Source of the DNA: Candidatus Multivorans sp.
Lineage (GTDB): Bacteria > Acidobacteriota > Thermoanaerobaculia > Multivoradales > Multivoraceae
Direction: 5' to 3'
Length of the DNA stretch: 64,000 nt
Assembly: GCA_965203495.1 (NCBI GenBank)
Contig: CBDBDB010000003.1
Coordinates: 11,297-75,296, forward strand
The stretch's first letter is position 1. Each line of letters opens with the position of its first letter. Shown here in pieces: positions 19,760 to 28,421 of this stretch. The notes under the pieces were generated by a model. It was not told where the DNA came from, did not search any database, and worked only from the letters and a program-made list of their open reading frames with translations. The position numbers and the translations under genes were made by a program.

Positions 19760-20863
19760 ATGCTTCTGCTGGTTCTGCCCTGGGACGCCGAGGCTGACGC
19801 GTCCGCGGAGTGGCGGTACCTCCGCCGCTGGCTCGTCGGCGAGGCGCGGGCGGTGTTCGGCGACGTCAAGGTCGTCGCCGAGACGCCCTCCGTGCCGCCC
19901 GACGGCACGGAGGCGACACTCGTCCTCGGCTCCTGCCGGGTCCTGATCGGTCGGGCTTCGCTGCACAGGATGCGACGGGAGCTGACGGCCGCGTCAGGCT
20001 GGGGCAGCGCGGTCTACGCAACCGATCTGACGACAACCGGCCCCGAAGCCGGCGACGACCTCTTCACCCTGGCCGACTTCGAGCAGGCGGAGGCAACGTG
20101 GCTGGCGAGTCCGGACGCCGAGGCTTCGTCCTTGCCGGCCGGGGAAGCCGCCTTCCCGGCCGCGCTGCTGTCGCCGGCCGCGACCGCCCAGCGTGCCGCG
20201 GGCGAGCGGATCCCCGGTCCGCGAGTCGGCCTCTGCTACGAGTTCATCGACTACTACGGCGTGGAACGCGCCGACGTCCTGCCGCTTCTGCCGGAGACGC
20301 TCGGGCCCCATTCCTCGGTACTGGAGGTCGGCTGCGGGCGCGGCGCGACGGCGCGCCTGATCAAGCAGCGTTTCAACTGCCGGATGGTCGGGATCGAACT
20401 GAATCCCGAGGCCGCCGCGGCCGCCGGGAACCGACTCGACCGGGTCGTTTGCGGCGACGTCCAGACCGTGGAACCGGGCGAGACCTTCGACGCGGTCGTC
20501 GCCTTCGAGCTGTTCGAGCATCTTGCCGAAGGGCAGGCGTTCCTGGAACGAGCCGCCGGCTGGCTCCGTCCCGCCGGACGCATCGTGTTCTCGGTCCCGA
20601 ACGTCGGCCACTATTCGGTCGTCGAGGACCTGATCTCCGGGCGGTGGGACTACGTTCCCATGGGACTGCTTTGCGCCACCCACGTCCGCTTCTTCACCCG
20701 CCGCACACTCGAGGACTGGCTCCGCGCGGCCGGCTTCGACCGCTACCGGATCGACGCCCAGACCACCCCGCTGCCGCCCCGGATGGACGCGCTGCCGGAG
20801 TCGATGGCGGCCGACCGCGAGAGCCTCGCCGCGGCGGGCTTCTACGTGTCGATCTTCGGCTGA
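19760..20863 (+). CDS. Class I SAM-dependent methyltransferase with an N-terminal extension of unknown function
   Basis: Motif I (VLEVGCGRGATARLI), then post-I/II blocks (DAVVAFELFEHLAEGQAFLERAAGWLRPAGRIVFSVPN). Confidence 0.7.
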   Translation: MLLLVLPWDAEADASAEWRYLRRWLVGEARAVFGDVKVVAETPSVPPDGTEATLVLGSCRVLIGRASLHRMRRELTAASGWGSAVYATDLTTTGPEAGDDLFTLADFEQAEATWLASPDAEASSLPAGEAAFPAALLSPAATAQRAAGERIPGPRVGLCYEFIDYYGVERADVLPLLPETLGPHSSVLEVGCGRGATARLIKQRFNCRMVGIELNPEAAAAAGNRLDRVVCGDVQTVEPGETFDAVVAFELFEHLAEGQAFLERAAGWLRPAGRIVFSVPNVGHYSVVEDLISGRWDYVPMGLLCATHVRFFTRRTLEDWLRAAGFDRYRIDAQTTPLPPRMDALPESMAADRESLAAAGFYVSIFG

Positions 20864-21843
20864 ACCGTCGACTGACGAGGCCGTTGGCGGTCGGCGTCGA
20901 ATGCGCGCATCAGCGCCTCGCCAGTGCGCTCCTCCGTGTACGTCTCGGCGATCGCCCGGCCGCCGCCGCCCAGCCGCCGCCGGAGGCGCCGGTCGCGCCA
21001 CAGGCGCTCCACGGCGCCTCGAAGCGCCTCCCCGTCGCCGAACGGCGCCTTGATGGAGGCCTGGCAATCCGGATCGAGATCGCGGTGCGAGGGAATGTCC
21101 GTCAGAACGCAGGGACGAGCACAGCCCATCGCCTCGAGCGCAAGCAGGCCGAAGCCCTCGAGGGGCGACGAGGGCCCGATGCAGAGGTCGACTCCCTGGA
21201 TCAGCGCGGGAACTTGAGCCGGCGGGACGTGACGATGCCGCTCCGCTTCGGGCCAGAGGGACACCTCTTCGGGATCCGCGTCGAGCGACAGACGCACCAG
21301 GTCGAGCCGACCGCCACTCCGCTCGAACAGCGGCCGCAGTGCGCGCAGGCACCAGGCAACGCCCTTCACGTCGAGTGCCCAGTGCCCGCTGACCAGAACG
21401 CGCAGCCGTCCGTCCTCGGTTCGTTCATTCGCCGGCGGCCGGAACAGATCCGGCTCGAACGGCTGCGGAATCCACCGGGCCGGCACGCCGTGACGATCCT
21501 GGATCGTCCGGAGAAGGTGGGGCGACACGACGAGCTTTCGAGCCGGCAGGTCGTAGGCCGCGCGCATCGCGGCGCGCTCGGCGCGAGGCAGCGTGTCGTG
21601 GGCCGGTTCGTAGCCCTGGCACAGGTGACACGCCAGGCGGTCGGCGATGCCGATCGCCGGAGCGACGGTCGGCGCCAGGGTCCCCACCGCCACGTCGACC
21701 GGCGGCAGCGATTGCCGATCGAGCGCCCGAACCCGCCGGTAGAAGGCGTTCGCTCCGTCGAACCAGTTCGGGCACGGATCCGGCGAGTGGACGGTTGTCT
21801 CGACTCCGAGGCCCCGGAGCGCCCGGGCATGCTGCAACGCCAC
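20842..21843 (-). CDS. Glycosyltransferase, GT4/GT1 (GT-B) family
   Basis: C-terminal domain motif GPSSPLEGFGLLALEAMGCARPCVLTD (the EX7E-type GT4 signature). The 3' end overlaps the convergent methyltransferase by about 20 nt. Confidence 0.7.
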   Translation of the reverse strand: MALQHARALRGLGVETTVHSPDPCPNWFDGANAFYRRVRALDRQSLPPVDVAVGTLAPTVAPAIGIADRLACHLCQGYEPAHDTLPRAERAAMRAAYDLPARKLVVSPHLLRTIQDRHGVPARWIPQPFEPDLFRPPANERTEDGRLRVLVSGHWALDVKGVAWCLRALRPLFERSGGRLDLVRLSLDADPEEVSLWPEAERHRHVPPAQVPALIQGVDLCIGPSSPLEGFGLLALEAMGCARPCVLTDIPSHRDLDPDCQASIKAPFGDGEALRGAVERLWRDRRLRRRLGGGGRAIAETYTEERTGEALMRAFDADRQRPRQSTVQPKIDT

Positions 21844-21890
21844 CTTGACGCCGCCGTAGAGGGCGGCGCCGGGCAGAAGATAGGCGACTC

Positions 21891-23285
21891 TCAGGCGACG
21901 ATCCCCAAAGGCGGCCGCGTACGGTAGGCGCCGCGCGTGAAGTCGGGAAACTCGACCGGCTCGCTGCCCCGAGCGACAGAGATCTCGCTCAGCTCAACCG
22001 GCGCCGAGAGCGCGGCCGCGTCGTAGACGTCCATGTCGGTGGGCGTGCCCTCGAGCAGACAGCGGACCAGCCGGTAGTCCTCGAGGTAGTCCATGCCGCC
22101 GTGGCCGCCGCCCTCGGCATCCCCGGCCCGTTCCGCCCACAAGGGATGCTCGAACCGCTCCCGGTAGGGCTCGATGTCGCTCCACCCGTGCCCCTCGGCC
22201 TCGCCTTCGATGAAGATCCGGTCCGGGAACCCCGCGAACACGCCGCGCGTGCCCTGCACCAGGTTGAGCCGACTGTACGGCCTGGGCGTCGTCGTGTCGT
22301 GCTGCAGCAGGATGCTCCGCCCGCGCCGCGTACGGATCAGGCTCGAGTTCATGTCGCCGAGGGCGTAGCGGACCCTGGCGCGGGGATCGTCGGCGCCGAA
22401 GCGCTCCTCGGCGTAGAGCGCCAACCCCTTCGCCGGGCTCGACAGCGAAACGAGGTAGTCGAAGCAGTCGCCCCGGTTGATGTCCATGCACTGGGCCACC
22501 GGCCCGAGACCGTGGGTCGGATAGAGGTTCGCGTCCCGTTCCACCGAGTGCTGGAGACGCCACAGCCCCTCGTTGCGGTCCGAGAACTTGATCGACCGCA
22601 GATCGTGAATGTAGGCCGCTTCGCCGTGAAGAAGCTCGCCCAGCAGGCCCTGACGCACCATGTTCAGGACCATCATCTCGCTGCGGCCGTAGTTGCAGTT
22701 CTCCATCATCACGCAATGCCGCGCCGTGCGTTCGGCCGTGTCGACCAGACGCCAGCAGCCTTCGAGGGTGATCGCCGCCGGCACCTCGACCGCCGTGTGC
22801 TTCCCGGTCTCCATTGCCTCGACGCAAACCGGAACGTGCCACCGCCAGGGAGTCGAGTTGAACACGAGGTCGACGTCGTCGCGCGCGCACAGCCGCTGGA
22901 AGTCGGTATCGCCCCGGGTATACAACGCCGGCGGCGTTCGTCCGGCGTCGACCACCCAGGAGGCCACCTCCCGCGCCCGCGGCTCGTCGATGTCGCAGAT
23001 GGCAACCAAGTCGACGCCGTCGATCCGCAGGAAGTTCCGGACGTGGCCGCCGCCCTGGTTGCCGACGCCGACGAATCCGATCCGCAGCCTCTCGAGCGGC
23101 GCCGAGGCGAAACCCGCGCGGTACGCCTCGAGCGCCGCCTGGTCAGCCTCGCCGGCCTGTTCCGCCGGCCCGTCCGCCGGTTCGGCGGCGTCGGGTTCCT
23201 GTCTGGCCGCGGCACGGACGCCAAGCGCGACGGCCGCCGCCTTCAGCAGCTCGCGGCGTCCCCAGATCGGTGTCCAAGCGGCCAT
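21891..23285 (-). CDS. Tat-exported Gfo/Idh/MocA-family NAD(P)-dependent oxidoreductase (GH109-like)
   Basis: Twin-arginine signal (WGRRELLKAAAVALGVRAAA). Rossmann block GFVGVGNQGGGHVRNF...VAICD. The architecture resembles GH109 / inositol-dehydrogenase-like enzymes. Confidence 0.75.
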   Translation of the reverse strand: MAAWTPIWGRRELLKAAAVALGVRAAARQEPDAAEPADGPAEQAGEADQAALEAYRAGFASAPLERLRIGFVGVGNQGGGHVRNFLRIDGVDLVAICDIDEPRAREVASWVVDAGRTPPALYTRGDTDFQRLCARDDVDLVFNSTPWRWHVPVCVEAMETGKHTAVEVPAAITLEGCWRLVDTAERTARHCVMMENCNYGRSEMMVLNMVRQGLLGELLHGEAAYIHDLRSIKFSDRNEGLWRLQHSVERDANLYPTHGLGPVAQCMDINRGDCFDYLVSLSSPAKGLALYAEERFGADDPRARVRYALGDMNSSLIRTRRGRSILLQHDTTTPRPYSRLNLVQGTRGVFAGFPDRIFIEGEAEGHGWSDIEPYRERFEHPLWAERAGDAEGGGHGGMDYLEDYRLVRCLLEGTPTDMDVYDAAALSAPVELSEISVARGSEPVEFPDFTRGAYRTRPPLGIVA

Positions 23286-23451
23286 GGACCCTGAGCGTAC
23301 ACTGAAGGCGCGGCCGCGGGCCAACGCCGCACTGGGCGCCGCCTACGATGCCGGCGCACACGCGGTCTTCGGGCCAACTTCGACCGAGGAGCAACGATGC
23401 CGGGCGGGATGGTTGGCCGCTCGAATGCAGCGCGACGTTCGCCACGGGCTG

Positions 23452-24255
23452 CTAGAAGTCGAAGAAGTCGTCCTCGCCGCCGGTGAGGTAGGACGCCTCC
23501 TCGTCGAGCCAAGCCTGGAACTCTTCCTCGGTATGCACCGTCAGGAAGCCGCGCATCGAGTAGTGACTGTTGCCGCAGAGCTGAGCGCAGGCAATCTCGT
23601 AGACGTAGTCCGGATTGCCGGTCTCCTCTCGGATCCGGGCAGTCGTCTTGGTTGGCACGAACCAGACGGGAATCGAGAGCCCGGGGATGGCGTCCTGCTT
23701 GATCCGCATGTTCGGCAGGTTGAAGCTGTGGATCACGTCCTTGGACGACAGGTGGATGATCGCCGCCTTGTCGACCGGCAGGTGCAACTGGTTCACGGTC
23801 CAGATGTCGTCCGCGCCGGCTGGATCGTCGCGGTCGAGGCCGATCGGATTGGTCGCTTCGTCGACCAGGGAGACGTCCGCGGCGCCGAACTCCCCGTCGG
23901 CGCCCGGGTACCAGACGTTCCAGGCGAACTGCTGCGCGACGACGCGCACGACCGTCGCCTCCGATTCCGGCGGCGCCTCGTCGACGCGCTCCGCCCACAT
24001 CGGGATGGAGAACCCGAGCAGGAGCACGCCCTCGACGATTGCCACGGCGACCTCCCCGTAGGTGCTCGCCTTGCTCTTGACGCCGACGTAATCCGCCTTC
24101 GGGTTGCGCCTGGCCCGGAAGCGCATCAGCACGTACACGAAGAACGCGCCCCAGACGATGAAGAGCGCGAACATCAGGTAGTGCACCACGTCGATCATGT
24201 TGTCGATCCGACCGGCGTGCTCCGACGCCGCGGCAGGGAACATGGAATCCATCAT
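23452..24255 (-). CDS. ctaC: Cytochrome c oxidase subunit II (CuA subunit; no fused cytochrome c domain)
   Basis: Two N-terminal TM helices, then a cupredoxin domain with CuA ligands (IHSFNLPNM ... CAQLCGNSHYSM). Its ATG overlaps the upstream ORF stop (ATGA). Confidence 0.9.
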   Translation of the reverse strand: MMDSMFPAAASEHAGRIDNMIDVVHYLMFALFIVWGAFFVYVLMRFRARRNPKADYVGVKSKASTYGEVAVAIVEGVLLLGFSIPMWAERVDEAPPESEATVVRVVAQQFAWNVWYPGADGEFGAADVSLVDEATNPIGLDRDDPAGADDIWTVNQLHLPVDKAAIIHLSSKDVIHSFNLPNMRIKQDAIPGLSIPVWFVPTKTTARIREETGNPDYVYEIACAQLCGNSHYSMRGFLTVHTEEEFQAWLDEEASYLTGGEDDFFDF

Positions 24256-24761
24256 GACTTGACAGGCTCCTCGACGGTGCTCCACCAGGGCGGCACCGGG
24301 TCGGTACGGAGGCGCCGCGCCCGACGCCGGAGACAGAGAAAGAAGAGAACCAGAGCGGCCTGCATCAGAAAGACCGAGCCGAGGAGAACCCAGGCGCCGG
24401 CGCGGGCGGCGTCGAGCATTCCGCCGCCGCCGCCGAAGAAACCGCCCCCGACGCCCTCGTCGCCCAGACCGCCGTAGCACGCCCTGCAGGCCCAGGCCGC
24501 GGGTTCGGATAAAAGGAGCCAGGCCGCCGCGACAACGGGAATCGTGCGAAACAGCTTCCGCCGCCTGGCCCACTCCTCCTCGGGAGTCGTGATCTTGCGC
24601 CAGAACCAGACGCCATACCCCACGAGCGCCGCGGCGACGACGAACGACAGCAGCGCCCCGATCCGGTACCCGACGCCCTGCGCCAGGCACCAGCCGCCGA
24701 AGAACAGCGCGAGGAGAACGGCGCTGCCGACGAAGACGATGTGGATGACCTTCAGGTTCAT
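24252..24761 (-). CDS. Hypothetical 4-TM membrane protein with CRAC motif, encoded between oxidase subunits IV and II
   Basis: MNLKVIHIVFVGSAVLLALFFGGWCLAQG... with four hydrophobic segments, CRACYGG and a Gly-rich loop. Start/stop overlaps indicate translational coupling with ctaF and ctaC. No recognisable family. Confidence 0.5.
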   Translation of the reverse strand: MNLKVIHIVFVGSAVLLALFFGGWCLAQGVGYRIGALLSFVVAAALVGYGVWFWRKITTPEEEWARRRKLFRTIPVVAAAWLLLSEPAAWACRACYGGLGDEGVGGGFFGGGGGMLDAARAGAWVLLGSVFLMQAALVLFFLCLRRRARRLRTDPVPPWWSTVEEPVKS

Positions 24762-24780
24762 GGCTTGACCGGGGAGACCG

Positions 24781-25110
24781 TCAGTGCGAAACAGGCGCCT
24801 CGAACGCCTCGAACTCGCCGACCTGATCCGCAACCGAGGTCAGGAGCGGCAACGCCATCAGGGCGATGAAGAAGGCAACGGTCAGCGCCAGCGTCCAGTA
24901 GATGATCTTCTTCTCGTCGATCAGGTGCATGAAGAAGCAGGCGACCAGAGAGGCCTTGACGGTGGCGATGAACAGGCCGATGGCGAGGGCGACCGGCACG
25001 GAGACGTCCAGGTAGTACGCGCCAACCGTGAAGCCCGTCCCCACCATCAGGGCGCCGAACACCAGGAAGTAGATGCGGACCTGCCGGTCGATATCGACGT
25101 GTTCACTCAT
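24781..25110 (-). CDS. ctaF: Cytochrome c oxidase subunit IV (prokaryotic aa3/caa3 type)
   Basis: 109 aa with 3 TM helices. YFLVFGALMVGTGFTVGAYYLD...IATVKASLVACFFMHL matches the bacterial COX4 (CtaF/CoxD) family. Confidence 0.75.
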   Translation of the reverse strand: MSEHVDIDRQVRIYFLVFGALMVGTGFTVGAYYLDVSVPVALAIGLFIATVKASLVACFFMHLIDEKKIIYWTLALTVAFFIALMALPLLTSVADQVGEFEAFEAPVSH

Positions 25111-25162
25111 GGGATGCGACTCGCTCCAGGGTAACCGGGGTCAAGGGCGGAGACAACGCCCG

Positions 25163-25762
25163 CTACAGGAGGTAGAAGACGGGAAAGAGGAAGATCCAGA
25201 CCAGGTCGACGAAGTGCCAGAAGAGGCCGGAGTGCTCGACCCGGTCGGTCAGCCACTGCCGGTTCGTGTGGAACAGCTTCGACCCGGGCCCGGCGAAGTA
25301 GGCGTTCCAGGCCATGCCGCCGATCACGTGCAGGGCGTGGAGGCCGGTCATCGCGAAGTAGATGGCGAGGAACGTGCTCGACTCCGGATAGTGATGGTGA
25401 TCGAACTTAGCCATGTACTCGAAGTACTTGATGACCAGGAAGACGCCGCCACAGCCGACGGTCGCCCAGCCGTAGGCCCGAAAGCGGTTCAGCTTCCCGC
25501 GCATCAGCGACGCCCAGGCCATGACCATCGTCAGACTGGAGCCGATCAGCACCACCGTGTTGAGCGTCGCCAGCGGAATGTTCAGTTCCGCTTCGGCCTG
25601 CATTGCCGCCCAGGCGCCGTCCGATCCCAGGCGCAGCATGATGAACGTGGCGAACAGCGCTCCGAACAGCATGACCTCCGAGGTCAGAAACAGCCAGATG
25701 CCGATCTTGCCGTTGTTTAGGCCGGTCTCGGGGTGGGCCTCTACCGTGTAGGGAATGTCCAT
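25163..25762 (-). CDS. ctaE: Cytochrome c oxidase subunit III
   Basis: GIWLFLTSEVMLFGALFATF... and HHHYPESSTFLAIYFAMTGLHALHVIGG are the COX3 family signature. Confidence 0.9.
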   Translation of the reverse strand: MDIPYTVEAHPETGLNNGKIGIWLFLTSEVMLFGALFATFIMLRLGSDGAWAAMQAEAELNIPLATLNTVVLIGSSLTMVMAWASLMRGKLNRFRAYGWATVGCGGVFLVIKYFEYMAKFDHHHYPESSTFLAIYFAMTGLHALHVIGGMAWNAYFAGPGSKLFHTNRQWLTDRVEHSGLFWHFVDLVWIFLFPVFYLL

Positions 25763-25783
25763 GATCCTGGGGTCCTCGAACGG

Positions 25784-27541
25784 TCAGGTTGAAGCCGGTT
25801 CGGCCTGTGGGACGTAGTCCCTGTCGCTGCCCGGAACGCTGTACTCGTACGGTCCGCGCACGACCTCGATCTCCTGGTCGAAGTTCCCGTGCGGCGCCGG
25901 CGACGGCGCCAGCCACTCGACCGTGGTCGAGTTCCAGGGGTTGCGGCCGGCCTTCTCGCCGTTCCGGATGCTCATGAAGAAGTTGACGATGAACGGAATC
26001 TGGGCCAGCGCCAGGCACCAGGCCGAAACCGACATCATGCGGTTCAGTCCAGCCACGTTGCCCGCGAAGTCGTAGGTGACGCCGCCGTCGGCAAGACGCC
26101 GCGAGACGCCGTTCAGGCCCTGAATCAGCATCGGGAAGAAGACGCCGTTCATGAAGACGAAGGAGGGCCAGAAGTGGAGCTTGCCCAGGAACTCGTTCAT
26201 CTTCCGTCCCGTCACCTTGGGGAACCAGTAATAGATGCCGGCGAACAGCGCGAACAGGGTGCCGGGCGCCACGACGTAGTGGAAGTGGCCGATCACGTAG
26301 TACGTGTCGTGGAGCGGGATGTCCGCCGCGGCAAGTCCCAGCGGCAGTCCGGTCAGCCCGCCGATGCCGAACATCGGCAGAAAGCCGAGCGCGAACAGCA
26401 TCGGCGTGTTGTAGCGGATGGAACCGCCCCAGAGCGAGATGAACAGGGCGCTCAGGATGATGACCGAGGGGATGGAGATGATCATCGTCGTCGTCTGGAA
26501 GAAGGTGGACATCACCGAGCCCATGCCCGTGATGAACATGTGGTGCGCCCAGACGATGAAACTCATGAAGCCGAGGAAGATCAGGGAGTACACCATCGAG
26601 CGGTAGCCCCAGAGCGGCTTGCGGGAGTTGTTCGCGATCACCTCGGCGACGATACCCATCGCCGGCAGGATGAGCACGTAGACCTCCGGGTGGGCCAGGA
26701 ACCAGAACAGGTGCTGCCAGAGCAGCGGACTGCCGCCTCCGCTCCGATCAAGCGCCTCGCCGCCGACCACCAGCCCGTCCGGTATGAAGAAGCTGGTGTT
26801 CGCCACGCGATCCATCAACTGCAGCACGCCCGCGGCCTCGAGCGGCGGAAAGGCGAGCAGCAGGAGGAAAGCGGTCACGATCTGCGCCCAGCAGAAGAAC
26901 GGCAGGCGCATCCAGGTCATGCCGGGCGCGCGGAGCTGGATCGCCGTGGTGATGAAGTTGATCGCGCCCAGCAGGGACGACGTGATCAGGAAGATCATCC
27001 CGATCAACCAGGCGGTCTGACCGTTCAGCGCGAGGTCGGCCAGCGGCGAGTACGAGGTCCAGCCGTTGCCCGCGGCGCCGTTCGGCAGGAAGAAGCTGGC
27101 GAACATGGTCACGCCGCCCAGGAACAGGCACCAGTAGCTCAGCATGTTGAGCCGCGGGAAGGCCATGTCCGGGGCGCCGAGCTGAAGCGGCATGACGAAG
27201 TTGCCGAAACCGCCGACCGCCAGCGGCACGACGCCCAGAAACACCATGATCGTCCCGTGCATGGCGCCGAGCTCGTTGTAGAAGTCCGGCAGCATGATGC
27301 CGCCGGGCGCCCGGTTCTCGCCGAAGAGCGAGCCGATCAGGGGAATCGGTTCGCCCGGATAGGCCAGCTGCCAACGCATCACCATCATCAGGGCGAACCC
27401 GAACAGAAGGAACGCGAGGCCGGTGACCGAGTACTGGACGCCGATCACCTTGTGATCGGTCGAGAAGACGCACTTCCTCCAGAAGCTCTGCTCGTGATGA
27501 TGCTCGTCGCGTGCGGGTGACGCGTGAACGGGCTCCGCCAT
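25784..27541 (-). CDS. ctaD: Cytochrome c oxidase subunit I (haem-copper oxidase catalytic subunit)
   Basis: 585 aa with 12+ TM helices. WFFGHPEVY-type blocks (LFWFLAHPEVYVLILPAMGIVAEVI), haem/CuB His ligands and the GMHGTIMVF... motif. Confidence 0.95.
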   Translation of the reverse strand: MAEPVHASPARDEHHHEQSFWRKCVFSTDHKVIGVQYSVTGLAFLLFGFALMMVMRWQLAYPGEPIPLIGSLFGENRAPGGIMLPDFYNELGAMHGTIMVFLGVVPLAVGGFGNFVMPLQLGAPDMAFPRLNMLSYWCLFLGGVTMFASFFLPNGAAGNGWTSYSPLADLALNGQTAWLIGMIFLITSSLLGAINFITTAIQLRAPGMTWMRLPFFCWAQIVTAFLLLLAFPPLEAAGVLQLMDRVANTSFFIPDGLVVGGEALDRSGGGSPLLWQHLFWFLAHPEVYVLILPAMGIVAEVIANNSRKPLWGYRSMVYSLIFLGFMSFIVWAHHMFITGMGSVMSTFFQTTTMIISIPSVIILSALFISLWGGSIRYNTPMLFALGFLPMFGIGGLTGLPLGLAAADIPLHDTYYVIGHFHYVVAPGTLFALFAGIYYWFPKVTGRKMNEFLGKLHFWPSFVFMNGVFFPMLIQGLNGVSRRLADGGVTYDFAGNVAGLNRMMSVSAWCLALAQIPFIVNFFMSIRNGEKAGRNPWNSTTVEWLAPSPAPHGNFDQEIEVVRGPYEYSVPGSDRDYVPQAEPAST

Positions 27542-27583
27542 GGACGCCGCTCCTTTCTCGTTGCTTGGCCGGGGGCGCCTCGG

Positions 27584-28300
27584 CTACTCCGGCTTGAAGA
27601 CGAAGTTCGCCGTCACGACGCCGTCGTCGCTGACCTCGACGGTCTCGGACTGGATCCTGAACCTCTCGAACTCGTGCCGCGCCTCGATCGTGTAAACGCC
27701 GGCCGGCACGTTCTCGATGCGGAAGGAACCGTCGGCGCCCGACACGGCGTAGAACGGATGATCGACGACGGTCACCCAGGAGGTCATCCAGGGATGAACG
27801 TCGCACTTGATCCGGAAGCGCTCCGTCTTCTCGAAGCTGTAGTCGGCCTCGGTCACGCTGGCCGGCATCGCCCGGTTGAACGGGGGGTTGTCCTTGGACA
27901 GCGAGTGGACGTTGTGCAGCAGGCCGTCCGAGTTCTTCACCTTGAACTGCTGGCCGACCTGGACGCCCATGATGCGCGGCGTGTAGATGCAGCCGTTCTG
28001 ATCCATGACCACGGGCTGCGAAGGCGCATCGAAGGACTTCCCTTCCAGGCCCTCGGTGATCGCCAGAAAGACGTTGGCGAAGGCGCCGTCATCCCCGACC
28101 ACGAAGGTCTGGTCGAGGACCGTGCCGCTGTGCTTCGCGGCACACTTGGGATCCGCGTCCATCCTCATTGGACGTTGCGGAGGCGTCCGGCCCTCGTACG
28201 TGACCTTGCCGACAATCGTGCCGCCGAAGGCAACCGGGGAGGAAGCCAGGGCGAGGGCGAGAAGAACGGCACAGACGCGGATCGTCCGCTTCGGAATCAT
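27584..28300 (-). CDS. Exported cupredoxin-like (type-1 copper motif) protein with CarboxypepD_reg-like beta-sandwich flanks (P1)
   Basis: AAGGAG Shine-Dalgarno 8 nt upstream of the ATG at 28300, and a signal peptide (MIPKRTIRVCAVLLALALASSPVAFG). Plastocyanin/pseudoazurin-like block VGQQFKVKNSDGLLHNVHSL ... KCDVHPWM (His ... Cys-x2-His-x2-Met). C-terminal GADGSFRIENVPAGVYTIEA. There is a paralogue at 31901..32692. Confidence 0.7.
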   Translation of the reverse strand: MIPKRTIRVCAVLLALALASSPVAFGGTIVGKVTYEGRTPPQRPMRMDADPKCAAKHSGTVLDQTFVVGDDGAFANVFLAITEGLEGKSFDAPSQPVVMDQNGCIYTPRIMGVQVGQQFKVKNSDGLLHNVHSLSKDNPPFNRAMPASVTEADYSFEKTERFRIKCDVHPWMTSWVTVVDHPFYAVSGADGSFRIENVPAGVYTIEARHEFERFRIQSETVEVSDDGVVTANFVFKPE

Positions 28301-28421
28301 GTCGATGCTCCTTGACTTGGAGTGGTGTCCGGGTTCACGAGGCGCGACCGGCAGAGTAGCAGGGACGACGGCTTGTAACAAGAACGGATCGCTGGCGCGG
28401 CGGCGCGGGTCCGGCGCCTCT

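Noticed and set aside
24252-24761. Considered calling the 4-TM CxxC protein a known oxidase assembly factor (Cox11/CtaG, Sco, Surf1)
   Set aside because: Length, TM number and motifs fit none of these families (Cox11 has 1 TM and CFCF; Caa3-CtaG has about 7 TM; Sco has a thioredoxin fold). It is left as hypothetical.
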